In this document: one piece after another, positions 10,345 to 19,601 of the stretch
Numbering within the stretch: the stretch's first letter is position 1
Layout: the number at the start of each line of letters is the position of its first letter
Source: an uncultured Dehalococcoidia bacterium
Lineage (GTDB): Bacteria > Chloroflexota > Dehalococcoidia > Lucifugimonadales > UBA2962
DNA length: 64,000 nucleotides
Direction of reading: 5' to 3'
Assembly (NCBI GenBank): GCA_964477845.1
Contig: CAYZES010000004.1
Coordinates: forward strand, 68,693-132,692
The notes under the pieces: model-generated
What the model saw: only the letters and a program-made list of their open reading frames with translations
The model's database searches: none
Told to the model about the DNA's origin: nothing
Translations under genes and position numbers: made by a program

Positions 10345-11319
10345 CTAGTCGGTCGCCTCGAACATGGCCCCCACCGACTCGTCGTTGTGTATCCTCTGGA
10401 TCGCCTCTCCTAGGAGGGACGCCACCGACAGCACGGTAAGGCCATCCCACCTCTTGTCGTCGTCGACCGGCACCGTGTCGGTGACGGCCATCTCGGAAAG
10501 TCCGATCCCGGAAAGGACCTCGGCCGCCCGGCCCGAGAGCAGCGGGTGCGTGACCGCACAGTACACCTCGGCGGCGCCATGCTCGCGCAGGGCGTTGACC
10601 GCGGCCACCACGGTACCTCCGGTGCCGCACTCGTCATCGACGATCAGGGCGATCTTGTCCTTGACCGAGCCGATGAGCGTCGAGGCCTCTACACGGTCCT
10701 GGTTTCCGAGACGCTGCTTTTCGATTATCGCGATGGGGGCGTCCAGGAGGTTGGCAGTGCTCCGGGCGCGCTTGGCGTCGCCGACATCCGTTGCGGCGAC
10801 CACCAGATCGTCGCCGGCCAGGTGGCTGAAGTGGCGAGCCAGTATCGGTATGGCTGTGAGCTCGTCCACCGGGACGCTGAAAAACCCCTGTATCTGCCCG
10901 GCGTGAAGGTCCACGGTCAGCACGCGGTCGGCTCCGGCCACCGATATGAAGTCGGCCACCAGCCGGGCCGTGATGGCCACCCTGGGCTGGTCCTTCTTGT
11001 CCGTCCTGCCATAGGCGTAGTGGGGTATGACCGCCGTTATCCGCCCGGCCGAGGCCCGCTTCGCCGCGTCGACCATGATCAGAAGCTCCATGAGGTTGTC
11101 GTTGACGGGTGTGGCGAGCGGCTGAACGAGGAAAACGTCCTTTCCACGGATGTTCTCAAGGATGCGGACGAAGGTGTTGTCGTTGGTGAACTTGAACGCC
11201 TCGCTGCGGCCGAGATCCACCTCCAGGTAGGAGCAGATGTCGCCGGCCAGGGCCCGGTGGGCGTTACCTGTGAGTATCCTCAGATCGTCAAAGGGCGGCA
11301 CTAGGACTCCTCGGCCCAA
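10345..11319 (-). CDS. prs: ribose-phosphate pyrophosphokinase
   Basis: 324 aa with the PRPP-synthetase pattern (ITAVIPHYAYGRTDKKD; PRPP loop ALIVDDECGTGGT). Confidence 0.94.
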   Translation of the reverse strand: MGRGVLVPPFDDLRILTGNAHRALAGDICSYLEVDLGRSEAFKFTNDNTFVRILENIRGKDVFLVQPLATPVNDNLMELLIMVDAAKRASAGRITAVIPHYAYGRTDKKDQPRVAITARLVADFISVAGADRVLTVDLHAGQIQGFFSVPVDELTAIPILARHFSHLAGDDLVVAATDVGDAKRARSTANLLDAPIAIIEKQRLGNQDRVEASTLIGSVKDKIALIVDDECGTGGTVVAAVNALREHGAAEVYCAVTHPLLSGRAAEVLSGIGLSEMAVTDTVPVDDDKRWDGLTVLSVASLLGEAIQRIHNDESVGAMFEATD

Positions 11320-11475
11320 GCGCTCTCAATTGAAGGGGATAGACGCTTGAGCGGCACCGATTCTAGCATGTAGAACGGCCGGCGGCGGGCCGGCTCAGCG
11401 GAGCCGGGATCAACCCTGCAAAATGGCTCCCATCAACTCGATTCCGGAGCGGGCCATCAGCCACCGATGGCTTGC

Positions 11476-11505
11476 TTGACCGGTAGATAGGGCTGGGGCT
11501 ACACT
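11476..11505 (+). promoter_or_regulatory. candidate sigma70-like promoter of the cysH-sat/cysC operon
   Basis: TTGACC (11476-11481), an 18-nt spacer, then TACACT (11500-11505), in the divergent prs/cysH intergenic region. Pattern match only. Confidence 0.3.
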
Positions 11506-11531
11506 AATCCGGCTGTGCCTAAGCGAGGTCG

Positions 11532-11568
11532 GGCCCCTCGGACGTCACGCCGAGGGGCCTTTGCTTTG
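11532..11568 (+). terminator. leader hairpin + U-tract (attenuator-like) upstream of cysH
   Basis: A perfect 10-bp stem, GGCCCCTCGG (11532-11541) with CCGAGGGGCC (11550-11559), encloses an 8-nt loop and is followed by TTTGCTTTG. It sits 36 nt before the cysH start, and no upstream + strand gene needs a terminator here. Confidence 0.45.
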
Positions 11569-11603
11569 CCGGGCGATGCAAAAGTTACACCCAGAGTCCC
11601 CGC

Positions 11604-12395
11604 TTGAGCGACCCAGCGACCAAGATTACCCGGCCCCGACTGCAGCCGTCCGAGGTGGACCGGCTGGCCAAGCGATTCGAGGATCGTAGCGCCGAGGAGT
11701 TGCTCGGCTGGGCGACCGAGCACTTCGGGGACGCGCTGGCCCTGTCCACGAGCTTTCAGATGACCGGCATGGTGCTGCTGGACATGCTCAGCCGCATCTC
11801 GCCGACGACACGCATCATCACCCTGGATACCGGGCGTCTGCCCAAGGAGACCTACGATCTGATCGACCGGACCCAGCAGAGATACGGGAGCCGAATCGAC
11901 GTCCACCACCCGGACCCGTTAGAGCTCGGTGAGATCGTGGGACGCCACGGCATGAACATGTTCTACCGCAGCTACTCGCTGCGCCTGCGCTGCTGCGAGA
12001 TCCGCAAGGTGCGCCCTCTGGAGCGGGCGCTCAAGGGCCTGGACGCATGGATCACGGGCCTCGTCCGGTCCCAGGGCGGAACCCGGGCCAAGACCCCTAA
12101 GCTTGAGATCGACAGGGCACGCGACGGGCTTATCAAGATCAACCCGCTCGCCGACTGGGACGAGGATCGGGTCTGGGCCTACATCCAGGCAAACGAGGTC
12201 CCGTACAACTCCCTGTATGACTGGGGCTACACGAGCATCGGCTGCGACCCGTGCACCCGGGCGATCGAGCCCGGCGAGGACCCCCGGGCGGGACGCTGGT
12301 GGTGGGAGAACGGGGCGGTGCCCAAGGAGTGCGGCATCCATCTGAGCTCACCCCTGGGGACCAGGCCGGCGCCTGGCTCAAACGGGCGGCAGTGA
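11604..12395 (+). CDS. cysH: adenylylsulfate (APS)/PAPS reductase, Fe-S cluster type
   Basis: 263 aa with a TTG start and a PAPS-reductase fold. It has the CC..CxxC cysteines (LRLRCCEIRKV, SIGCDPCTRAI) and the C-terminal KECGIH motif. Confidence 0.9.
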   Translation: MSDPATKITRPRLQPSEVDRLAKRFEDRSAEELLGWATEHFGDALALSTSFQMTGMVLLDMLSRISPTTRIITLDTGRLPKETYDLIDRTQQRYGSRIDVHHPDPLELGEIVGRHGMNMFYRSYSLRLRCCEIRKVRPLERALKGLDAWITGLVRSQGGTRAKTPKLEIDRARDGLIKINPLADWDEDRVWAYIQANEVPYNSLYDWGYTSIGCDPCTRAIEPGEDPRAGRWWWENGAVPKECGIHLSSPLGTRPAPGSNGRQ

Positions 12396-14113
12396 GCGCC
12401 AACCCTAACGGCTCAAGGCTCATATCCCCCTACGGGGGCGAGCTGGTCGACCTCACGGTCGGTGTGGACGAGGCGGCCGAACTGAGGTCGCACGCGGCCA
12501 CCCTGCCCTCTGTCCAGCTCTCGCCCCGCGCGATGTGCGACCTGGAGCTGCTGGCCACCGGCGCATTCTCACCCCTGGACCGTTTCATGGGGCGGGATGA
12601 CCACCGCAGCGTGGTCGAGGAGATGCGGCTCGCCGACGGGCGGCTTTTCCCCATACCCGTCCCGCTGCCGGCCGAGCCGACCGACGGGTTGGCGCTGGAC
12701 AAAGAGATCGCCCTGCGCAGCCCGAACAACGACCTCCTCGCCACCATGACGGTCGAGGACATCTACGAGTGGTCCGCAGACGAGGTCTCCCGCAAGGTGT
12801 TCGGCACCACGGACGCCAGACACCCCATGGTTGCCGAGATGGCCGGATGGGCGCCGCTCAACCTTTCGGGACCGATCAAGGTCATCCAGCTTCCCGTGCA
12901 CCATGACTTCGCAGACCTGAGGCTGGACCCGGCCCAGACCAGGACCAGGCTCGAGACGTTCGGGCGGGAGAACGTGGTGGCGTTCCAGACCCGAAATCCG
13001 CTGCACAGGGTTCACGAGGAACTCACCAAGCGCGCCGCCGAGTCGGTGGACGGGGTGCTGATGATCCACCCCGTGGTCGGGCTGACCAAGCCCGGCGACG
13101 TCGATCACTACACCAGGGTACGTACCTACAGGGCGCTGACCGAAGAGTACTACGACTCCGACCGCGTCCTGCTTTCACTCCTTCAGCTTGCGATGCGCCT
13201 GGGCGGACCCAGGGAGGCCCTGTGGCACGCGATCATCCGGCGCAACTTCGGCGCCAATCACCTGATAGTCGGGCGGGACCATGCGGGCCCCGGAGTCGAC
13301 TCGTCGGGCGAGCCGTTCTACGGACCGTACGACGCGCAGGAGGCGGTCGCCGAGCACCAGGACGAGCTGGGGGTGACGATGGTCCCGTTCCAGATGGTGG
13401 CCTACCTGCCCGAGGAGGGCAGGTACGAGGAGATCAACAAGATCGGCAAGGACACCAAGACGGCCTCCATCTCCGGCACGCAGGTAAGGGACGAGTATCT
13501 GGCGAAGGGGAGGGATCTACCGGAATGGTTCACCCGGCCGGAGGTCGCCGAGATCCTGTCCGAGACCTATCCGCCCATGCACAGGCAGGGTGTATGCGTC
13601 TGGTTCACGGGACTTTCCGGGGCGGGCAAGACGGCCACCGCCGACGTTCTCACCAATCTTGTCATGGAGCACGGCCGGCAGGTCACGGTGCTCGATGGCG
13701 ATGTCGTTCGCACCCACCTGTCCAAGGGACTGGGCTTTTCCAAGCAGGACCGCGACACGAACATCCAGCGCATCGGCTTCGTCGCCGGCGAGATAGTCAG
13801 GCACGGCGGCATCGCGATCTGCGCGGCGGTAAGCCCGTACATTGCCACGCGCAACGAGGCGAGGGCCATGTGCGGCACAGACCGCTTCGTCGAGGTCTTC
13901 GTTAACACCCCGCTGGAGGTCGCCGAGTTACGCGACGTCAAGGGCATGTACGCGAAGGCACGCAGGGGCGAGATCAAGGGCTTTACGGGGATAGACGATC
14001 CCTACGAGGCGCCGCCGAATCCGGAGATCACCCTGGACACGGTCGAATACTCCGCAGAGGACAACGCCCGGCGCATCGTCTCCCATCTAAGGGAACGGGG
14101 CTTTCTGCTGTAA
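12392..14113 (+). CDS. bifunctional sulfate adenylyltransferase / adenylylsulfate kinase
   Basis: The ORF-track start at 12251 overlaps cysH. I prefer GTG 12392, which overlaps the cysH TGA (GTGA). The N-terminal ATP-sulfurylase domain has QTRNPLHRVHE and GRDHAG. The C-terminal APS kinase has the P-loop GLSGAGKTAT. Confidence 0.92.
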   Translation: MSANPNGSRLISPYGGELVDLTVGVDEAAELRSHAATLPSVQLSPRAMCDLELLATGAFSPLDRFMGRDDHRSVVEEMRLADGRLFPIPVPLPAEPTDGLALDKEIALRSPNNDLLATMTVEDIYEWSADEVSRKVFGTTDARHPMVAEMAGWAPLNLSGPIKVIQLPVHHDFADLRLDPAQTRTRLETFGRENVVAFQTRNPLHRVHEELTKRAAESVDGVLMIHPVVGLTKPGDVDHYTRVRTYRALTEEYYDSDRVLLSLLQLAMRLGGPREALWHAIIRRNFGANHLIVGRDHAGPGVDSSGEPFYGPYDAQEAVAEHQDELGVTMVPFQMVAYLPEEGRYEEINKIGKDTKTASISGTQVRDEYLAKGRDLPEWFTRPEVAEILSETYPPMHRQGVCVWFTGLSGAGKTATADVLTNLVMEHGRQVTVLDGDVVRTHLSKGLGFSKQDRDTNIQRIGFVAGEIVRHGGIAICAAVSPYIATRNEARAMCGTDRFVEVFVNTPLEVAELRDVKGMYAKARRGEIKGFTGIDDPYEAPPNPEITLDTVEYSAEDNARRIVSHLRERGFLL

Positions 14114-14164
14114 GACCGCGGTGGGGCCGTGGGCACGGCTCCCGTACGGGCGGTTCGACCGGCC

Positions 14165-14965
14165 CTACTGGGCCGCGCGACCGGATTCGACGGTGCCCAA
14201 GAAGACCCGGGCAAGTATGTCCGAATCGCGGACCGAGTCGGGCGTGCCGTCGTGCACCACCCTCCCCCGGTTGAGAATGTAGGCCCGGTCAACGATGTCC
14301 AGCACCCCCTTGATGTTGTGCTCAACGATCATCAGGGTGGTGCCCAGCCTTTCGCTGATCTCGGCGACCTTGGCAAAGACCTCCTTTACCACGATCGGAG
14401 CCAGGCCCAGGGTGGGCTCGTCCAGCAGGAGCGCCTCGGGGTCCGCCATCAGGCCGCGCCCCAGGGCCAGCATCTGCTGCTGCCCGCCCGACATCTGGCT
14501 GGCCATGTCCCGGCGCTTTTGATGCAGTACGGGAAACAGCTCCATGACCGCATCGCGCCGGCGCTCCTTCTCGTCCTCGTCGGAGAGGTGGAGGCAGCCC
14601 ATCTCAAGGTTCTCCTCGATCGTAAGGTGCGTGAACACGCGCCTTCCCTGAGGCACGAAGGATATCCCCTCTCGGACTATCTCGTGTGTCGCCGCCACCA
14701 GCGGGTCCTCGCGCCAGTAGACGTGCCCCCCGACCACCGGAGCCAGCCTCATGACTGCCTTGAGCACGGTGGATTTTCCAGCGCCGTTGGGCCCCATGAC
14801 CGCCACGACCTCTCCCTTGCGGACCTTCATGGACACCTCGTCGAGGGCGACCACCGCCCCGTAGTGGACCGAGACGTTGACCAGCTCCAGCAGCGGCGTC
14901 TCCCTGTCGGCACCGTTGCCCACTGGTTCCTTCATGGGTCGATCTTCGTCTGCCGGCATCTTCAT
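14165..14965 (-). CDS. livF: branched-chain amino acid-type ABC transporter ATP-binding protein (LivF-like)
   Basis: 266 aa with Walker A GPNGAGKST, signature SGGQQQML and Walker B LLLDEP. It is the last gene of the liv-like operon. Confidence 0.9.
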   Translation of the reverse strand: MKMPADEDRPMKEPVGNGADRETPLLELVNVSVHYGAVVALDEVSMKVRKGEVVAVMGPNGAGKSTVLKAVMRLAPVVGGHVYWREDPLVAATHEIVREGISFVPQGRRVFTHLTIEENLEMGCLHLSDEDEKERRRDAVMELFPVLHQKRRDMASQMSGGQQQMLALGRGLMADPEALLLDEPTLGLAPIVVKEVFAKVAEISERLGTTLMIVEHNIKGVLDIVDRAYILNRGRVVHDGTPDSVRDSDILARVFLGTVESGRAAQ

Positions 14966-14981
14966 GTGTCTCGGTCCCGCA

Positions 14982-15743
14982 TTAGACCCCGAGATAGGCG
15001 TCTATGACCTCCTCGCGGCTCAGAACCTCCTCCACCTCTCCCTCCGCAAGGAGCTTACCGCTGTCAAGGACCATGATGCGGTCGGAGAGCTCGCGGACTA
15101 TATCCATGTTGTGGGAGATGAAGATCAGAGTGTGGCCACGCTCGCGCATGCCCTTCATGATGATCTTGACCCGCTCGACCATCTGTGGAAACAGGCCGGC
15201 GTAGGGCTCATCCATCAGGTAGATGTTGACATCCAGGGCGATGGCGCGGCCTATCTCAAGGAGCTTTCGCTGACCGTAAGAGAGGTTCATCGCAAGGGCG
15301 CTTCGCTTGTCCCACATCCCGACATCCTTCAGGATCTCTTCGGCCAGCTCCTTCTGGCCCGGGCGGGCGCGCTCGAAGAGTGAGGGAAGCAGGCGCCTCT
15401 CAGTGAGCACGACCATCAGGTTGTCCCACACGCTGATCTGATCGAAGAGCCTGACCTCCTGGAAGGTGCGGGTCAGGCCGTGTCCTGGCGTCTCGTGGGC
15501 CCGAACGATCCTGAGGCCGACCCCGTCGATGATCACCATGCCTTCGTCCAGGGGCAGCGTCCCGCTGAGCAGATTGACGAGAGTCGACTTGCCCGAGCCG
15601 TTGGGACCGACGACGCTGGTTATGCCACCCTGGCGCACGGCCATGGTGAGCTCGTCGACCGCCCTTACGGCCCCGAAGTGCTTTGATATGCCGCGCGTCT
15701 CAAGGGCGAAGTCTTCGCCCGCTCCGTCTCGCTCAGAGTTCAC
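14982..15743 (-). CDS. livG: branched-chain amino acid-type ABC transporter ATP-binding protein (LivG-like)
   Basis: The ORF track extends to 16004, inside livM. I prefer GTG 15743, which overlaps the livM TGA (GTGA), giving VNSERDG..LETRGISKHFG. It has Walker A GPNGSGKST and signature LSYGQRKLLEI. Confidence 0.9.
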   Translation of the reverse strand: MNSERDGAGEDFALETRGISKHFGAVRAVDELTMAVRQGGITSVVGPNGSGKSTLVNLLSGTLPLDEGMVIIDGVGLRIVRAHETPGHGLTRTFQEVRLFDQISVWDNLMVVLTERRLLPSLFERARPGQKELAEEILKDVGMWDKRSALAMNLSYGQRKLLEIGRAIALDVNIYLMDEPYAGLFPQMVERVKIIMKGMRERGHTLIFISHNMDIVRELSDRIMVLDSGKLLAEGEVEEVLSREEVIDAYLGV

Positions 15744-16795
15744 AGCTTGAACCTTCCCACCAGGCCCTGGGGCCTGAACAGCATAAGCAGCACCAGCAGG
15801 ATACCTAGCACCACCTGGCGGGCCTGCCCGATGAACTCTACGGGCATGAAGGGGAGAAAGCGCATCCCCTCCTCTAGCAGCACGAAGGCCATCGCGCCGA
15901 GCAGGGAGCCCCAGATGGAGGCAAGCCCCCCCAGTATCACTATCGAGACCAGGAGGATCGACTCGAGCAGGATGAATGAGTTGGGGTCTATAAAGCTCGT
16001 CCAACTGCTGAACAGCCCCCCGGCCAGGCCGGCCATCATCGCAGAGATCACCCAGACGGCAAGCTTAAAGTGCGTCACCCTGTAGCCGAAGACCTCTATC
16101 GCCTGCTCGTCCTCGCGGATGGCCGTCAGCACCCTGCCGAACGAAGAGGTCACTATCAGCCAGGAAATGAGCACGACGAGCGCCAGGAAGACCAGGACCA
16201 TCAGCAAGAACTCGAGCTCCCCGTCTAGCACCCACCCTCCGAAGGACGGCCTTGCGATCTCGTGGATGCCGAACGCGCCCCTGGTGAGCTCCCTCCAGTT
16301 AAGGAAGACGTTAAACGCGATGATCGCAAAGCCGAACGAGACAAGGACGTAGATGTCGTCCCTGAACCTGTTGAATACGACCCCAACTATGACGGCCACG
16401 ATGCCGGCGAGCACCACGCTCACCGGAAGGGCCGCAAAGAAGGGCAGACCGAACGTTGGGATGGCCTCGGTGCGAAGCTGCTCGTATGCCGGGTCCGACG
16501 TGAGTATGGCCATCGCGTAGGCGCCGACGCCGAAAAAGCCCACGTGGCCTACCGACAGGAGGCCCGTGAACCCGACCACAAGATTGAGGCTGACCGACAG
16601 GATCGCCCAGATGGCGAACACCGTGCCTATCGTTATAGCGAACCCGACGCCCTGCCACAGCATGAAGGCGACCGCCCAGCCAATGACGATCAGGTTGGCC
16701 CAGAGCTCAACATTGCCCCTTGCGGCCCGAAGGGCGTCCCCGGGGTCGCGCAACGCCCCGCCCAGTGCCCTCAGTGCCAGCAGGTCCTTCAGCAA
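15740..16795 (-). CDS. livM: ABC transporter permease (LivM-like)
   Basis: 351 aa, polytopic and hydrophobic, positioned between livH and livG as in the canonical livHMGF order. Confidence 0.88.
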   Translation of the reverse strand: MLKDLLALRALGGALRDPGDALRAARGNVELWANLIVIGWAVAFMLWQGVGFAITIGTVFAIWAILSVSLNLVVGFTGLLSVGHVGFFGVGAYAMAILTSDPAYEQLRTEAIPTFGLPFFAALPVSVVLAGIVAVIVGVVFNRFRDDIYVLVSFGFAIIAFNVFLNWRELTRGAFGIHEIARPSFGGWVLDGELEFLLMVLVFLALVVLISWLIVTSSFGRVLTAIREDEQAIEVFGYRVTHFKLAVWVISAMMAGLAGGLFSSWTSFIDPNSFILLESILLVSIVILGGLASIWGSLLGAMAFVLLEEGMRFLPFMPVEFIGQARQVVLGILLVLLMLFRPQGLVGRFKL

Positions 16796-16798
16796 GCT

Positions 16799-18148
16799 CT
16801 ACTTCCTTGGCAAAAGGCCCTGTGGCCAGAAGGAGAGGAAGATGATCAGGATCACGAACGATATGGCGTCCTTCCACTCGCCCGCCAGGTCCCAGATGCC
16901 AAACTGCTCGATCAGTCCCAGTATGAATCCCCCAACGATCGCCCCGTACAGGTTCCCTATGCCCCCAACCACCGAGGCTATCCAGCCCTTGAGCAGAAGC
17001 AGCAGGCCCATCCTGGGCTGAATCGCCGTGTCGTGGCCACTGAGCACTCCGGCGGCGGCGGCGTATACGGCGCCTATGAAGAACACCACGGCGATTACGT
17101 ACGTGGTGTTTATCCCGACCACCTTGGAGACCTCCTCGTCGTCTCCGATGGCCCTTACGGCCTTGCCGAAGGAGGTCTTCTTAAGGAGCAACAGCAGCAG
17201 CCCGAACCCGAGGACCGCGACCCCTATCGTAAAGACGTTAAAGCCCTTGATGTTGGCGCCGCCCACGGTCCAGGGGTCGCTTCCGAACGCCTCGGGAAGC
17301 GGCCTAGGTGCGCTCTGGAACACGATCACCGTAAAGGCCGTTACCGCCAGCAGGACGCCCAGGGAGGCCACGAGCATGATCAGCGGAGACCTTGCGCGCT
17401 GGCGCATGTACACATACAGGCCCCTGTAGAGCGCCAGGCCCACCGCGCCAGCCAGAAAGCACGAGACCGCCCAGCTCAGGTAGAGATTGGATCCCGGGGC
17501 ATCGGAAACCAGGAGGCCGCAGTACGCCCCGAGGACCGCCGATCCAAGCAAGGAGATCGCGGCCAGTGCCGTTCGCCGCGGACCTGCGCCGACTCGCCGA
17601 CCGACCCTGCTCAGCAGGAGGCCCGCGGCGGCGGCAACCAGAAGGCCGATCGCAGGGCTCAGCATGACGTTGAGGTGTTCGGGATAAGACAGGACGAATC
17701 CCGTGTAGATCCCTGAGCCGGCGACCACCGCACCGGCAGCCGCGGCCAGGACGGGAGGACGCAGGCGCGAGCGCAGCCGAGGGTAGACGACCATGTACAG
17801 GGCCCAGGCCACGACCCCGGCCACCACGAGCGCGAACACGATGTTGACGTAGGGATTGTTCACATCGAAGCGGCCCGGGAGGGCGGCCTGCGACCTCATG
17901 TAGAACACCCCGTAGGCCCCCAGGGCCGCGGCCGCCCCGTAGTAAAGGTCGAAGAACCAAACGGTGCTGTAGACGAGCGTGAAGCCCATCGCAAGCAGGG
18001 CGTAGACGGCGCCGACGGCAAGACCGTTGAATGTGAACTGGAGGGCCTGCTCACCCGACTGGCTCACCTTCCAGCCGACGTAAGCCACGACCGCCAAGGT
18101 CAGTACGGTCGCTAGGATCCTGCCGTGACTCTCACGGAACCTGATCAA
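16799..18148 (-). CDS. livH: ABC transporter permease (LivH-like) with a large internal hydrophobic insertion
   Basis: 449 aa. The ends align by eye to LivH (FNGLAVGAVYALLAMGFTLVY; C-terminal GGIGNLYGAIVGGFILGLIE), but about 110-150 extra residues lie between them. Confidence 0.85.
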   Translation of the reverse strand: MIRFRESHGRILATVLTLAVVAYVGWKVSQSGEQALQFTFNGLAVGAVYALLAMGFTLVYSTVWFFDLYYGAAAALGAYGVFYMRSQAALPGRFDVNNPYVNIVFALVVAGVVAWALYMVVYPRLRSRLRPPVLAAAAGAVVAGSGIYTGFVLSYPEHLNVMLSPAIGLLVAAAAGLLLSRVGRRVGAGPRRTALAAISLLGSAVLGAYCGLLVSDAPGSNLYLSWAVSCFLAGAVGLALYRGLYVYMRQRARSPLIMLVASLGVLLAVTAFTVIVFQSAPRPLPEAFGSDPWTVGGANIKGFNVFTIGVAVLGFGLLLLLLKKTSFGKAVRAIGDDEEVSKVVGINTTYVIAVVFFIGAVYAAAAGVLSGHDTAIQPRMGLLLLLKGWIASVVGGIGNLYGAIVGGFILGLIEQFGIWDLAGEWKDAISFVILIIFLSFWPQGLLPRK

Positions 18149-18338
18149 CCCGCCTCCCTGTGTAACCCACCGGCGGCCAATGGACTGGTTATCGGCCCAG
18201 GAGACCGCGGCCCGCCCCGGGCTACCCTCGAAGGCACCCGGCGCTCAGCGATTCCACATGGGCCGATGCCGGGGACCGCTGCAAGGCAGTGATCGAAGCG
18301 GCCCCCCCGGCTCGGGCCAATACTACTATGCAGGCCGC

Positions 18339-19601
18339 CTACTCGGTCGGGGCCGAGCCCAGCACCCTGTAGCCGCGGTTGTCCTCGGTCCTCTCGGCCG
18401 CGGGCAGTACCTCCACCACCACGTTGGCAAGGCCCACAACCTCTCCCTTTTCGTCGAAGCTGTAGTTGTCCCCTATGGTCCCGCTCCAGGTGATGGCGTA
18501 CATGCAGTCTCGGAAGCCATCGGCGTCCTGGTCGTCCCCCGTCTGCTTGAGGCACTCGGCGGTGATGTACACATCGTCGTACGCCGAGCCCAGGTACCAC
18601 TCCAGCGTGGTGTAGTCGTAACGCTCCCTGAAGTTGGAAAGCACCTCCTGACCCCTGGCGTTCGCAGGGTCGAGGTCGGCTATGATCGCCTTCACGCCCG
18701 TAGCAGCATCACCGGCGATCTCCAGGGCTGTTGCTCCAACCGGCACTATCTCCGAGTAGATGGTTCCCTCGAATCCGAGCTCGCGGACCTGCTTTATTAC
18801 AGTCCCGCCGCTCGATTCCGACTGCGCGGCAAGGTGCAGCGCGTCGGGGTCTTCTCCAAGCAGCTTGGTCAGCTGGGTCCTGAAATCGATCGTGTCGGAG
18901 CCGTAACGCTCCTCGGCGACAACCTCGCCGCCGAGCTTTTCGAACTGTGTGACCGTCGTGCGCCTGACGCCCTCTGCGTAGTCGGTCGCCTCCGTCATAG
19001 TAGCCAGGGTGCGGACGCCGTCGGCCCACATAACGTTGCCGGTGTCTATCCCCACCTGCGCGTCGCTCATCGACGTCCGGAATATGTAGTCACCCGCCTC
19101 CGCTATGTCCGGGTTTGTCGCAAGGCCAGAGAACAGGATCACGCCGTCCTCTTCAGCCAGCGGTGCCGCGCCCAGCATAGCGCCACTGCAGGAAGTCCCC
19201 AGGATGATCTTCACGCCGTCGACGTCCGTGAGCTTCCTGTAGGCCGTTATCGAGTCCTGGGCGTTGCACTTGGAGTCCTCGACGATGAGCTCGAGCATCC
19301 GGCCGTTAATGCCGCCGGCCGCATTTATCTCGTCCATGGCCAGCTGCTTGGCCTGGTTGGCCACCGTGCCGTACGTCTCGCCCGGACCGGTGAGGGATTC
19401 CATGACCCCTATCCTGAAAGGCTCATCCGAAGTCTCCATGGCCTCTTCTTCAGGCTCTTCCACCGCCTCGGGGGCGGATGTCGGGGTAGCAGCGGGTGCA
19501 GGCGTCGGTTCGGCGGCATCTCCGCCGCAGGCAGCCGCGGCCAGCGCCACCGCGGCGAACAGTCCCACAAGGACCATCCATCTGCTGGAAGGGAATTGCA
19601 T
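18339..19601 (-). CDS. ABC transporter substrate-binding protein (LivJ/K-like, Peripla_BP_6-like)
   Basis: 420 aa with a signal peptide and lipobox-like LAAAACGG. It is the first gene of the liv-like operon and a paralogue of 22915..24081. Confidence 0.9.
   Translation of the reverse strand: MQFPSSRWMVLVGLFAAVALAAAACGGDAAEPTPAPAATPTSAPEAVEEPEEEAMETSDEPFRIGVMESLTGPGETYGTVANQAKQLAMDEINAAGGINGRMLELIVEDSKCNAQDSITAYRKLTDVDGVKIILGTSCSGAMLGAAPLAEEDGVILFSGLATNPDIAEAGDYIFRTSMSDAQVGIDTGNVMWADGVRTLATMTEATDYAEGVRRTTVTQFEKLGGEVVAEERYGSDTIDFRTQLTKLLGEDPDALHLAAQSESSGGTVIKQVRELGFEGTIYSEIVPVGATALEIAGDAATGVKAIIADLDPANARGQEVLSNFRERYDYTTLEWYLGSAYDDVYITAECLKQTGDDQDADGFRDCMYAITWSGTIGDNYSFDEKGEVVGLANVVVEVLPAAERTEDNRGYRVLGSAPTE

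Noticed and set aside
14982-16004. N-terminally extended ORF-track models: LivG to 16004, CcmB to 57690, QueC from 58701, FAH from 60096, A2M from 35938, Sat from 12251, the membrane protein to 22791, and the peptidase to 52424.
   Set aside because: The extensions overlap the preceding gene in another frame or abut a divergent start, and they are low-complexity. Internal starts give canonical N-termini and classic 4-nt start/stop overlaps.
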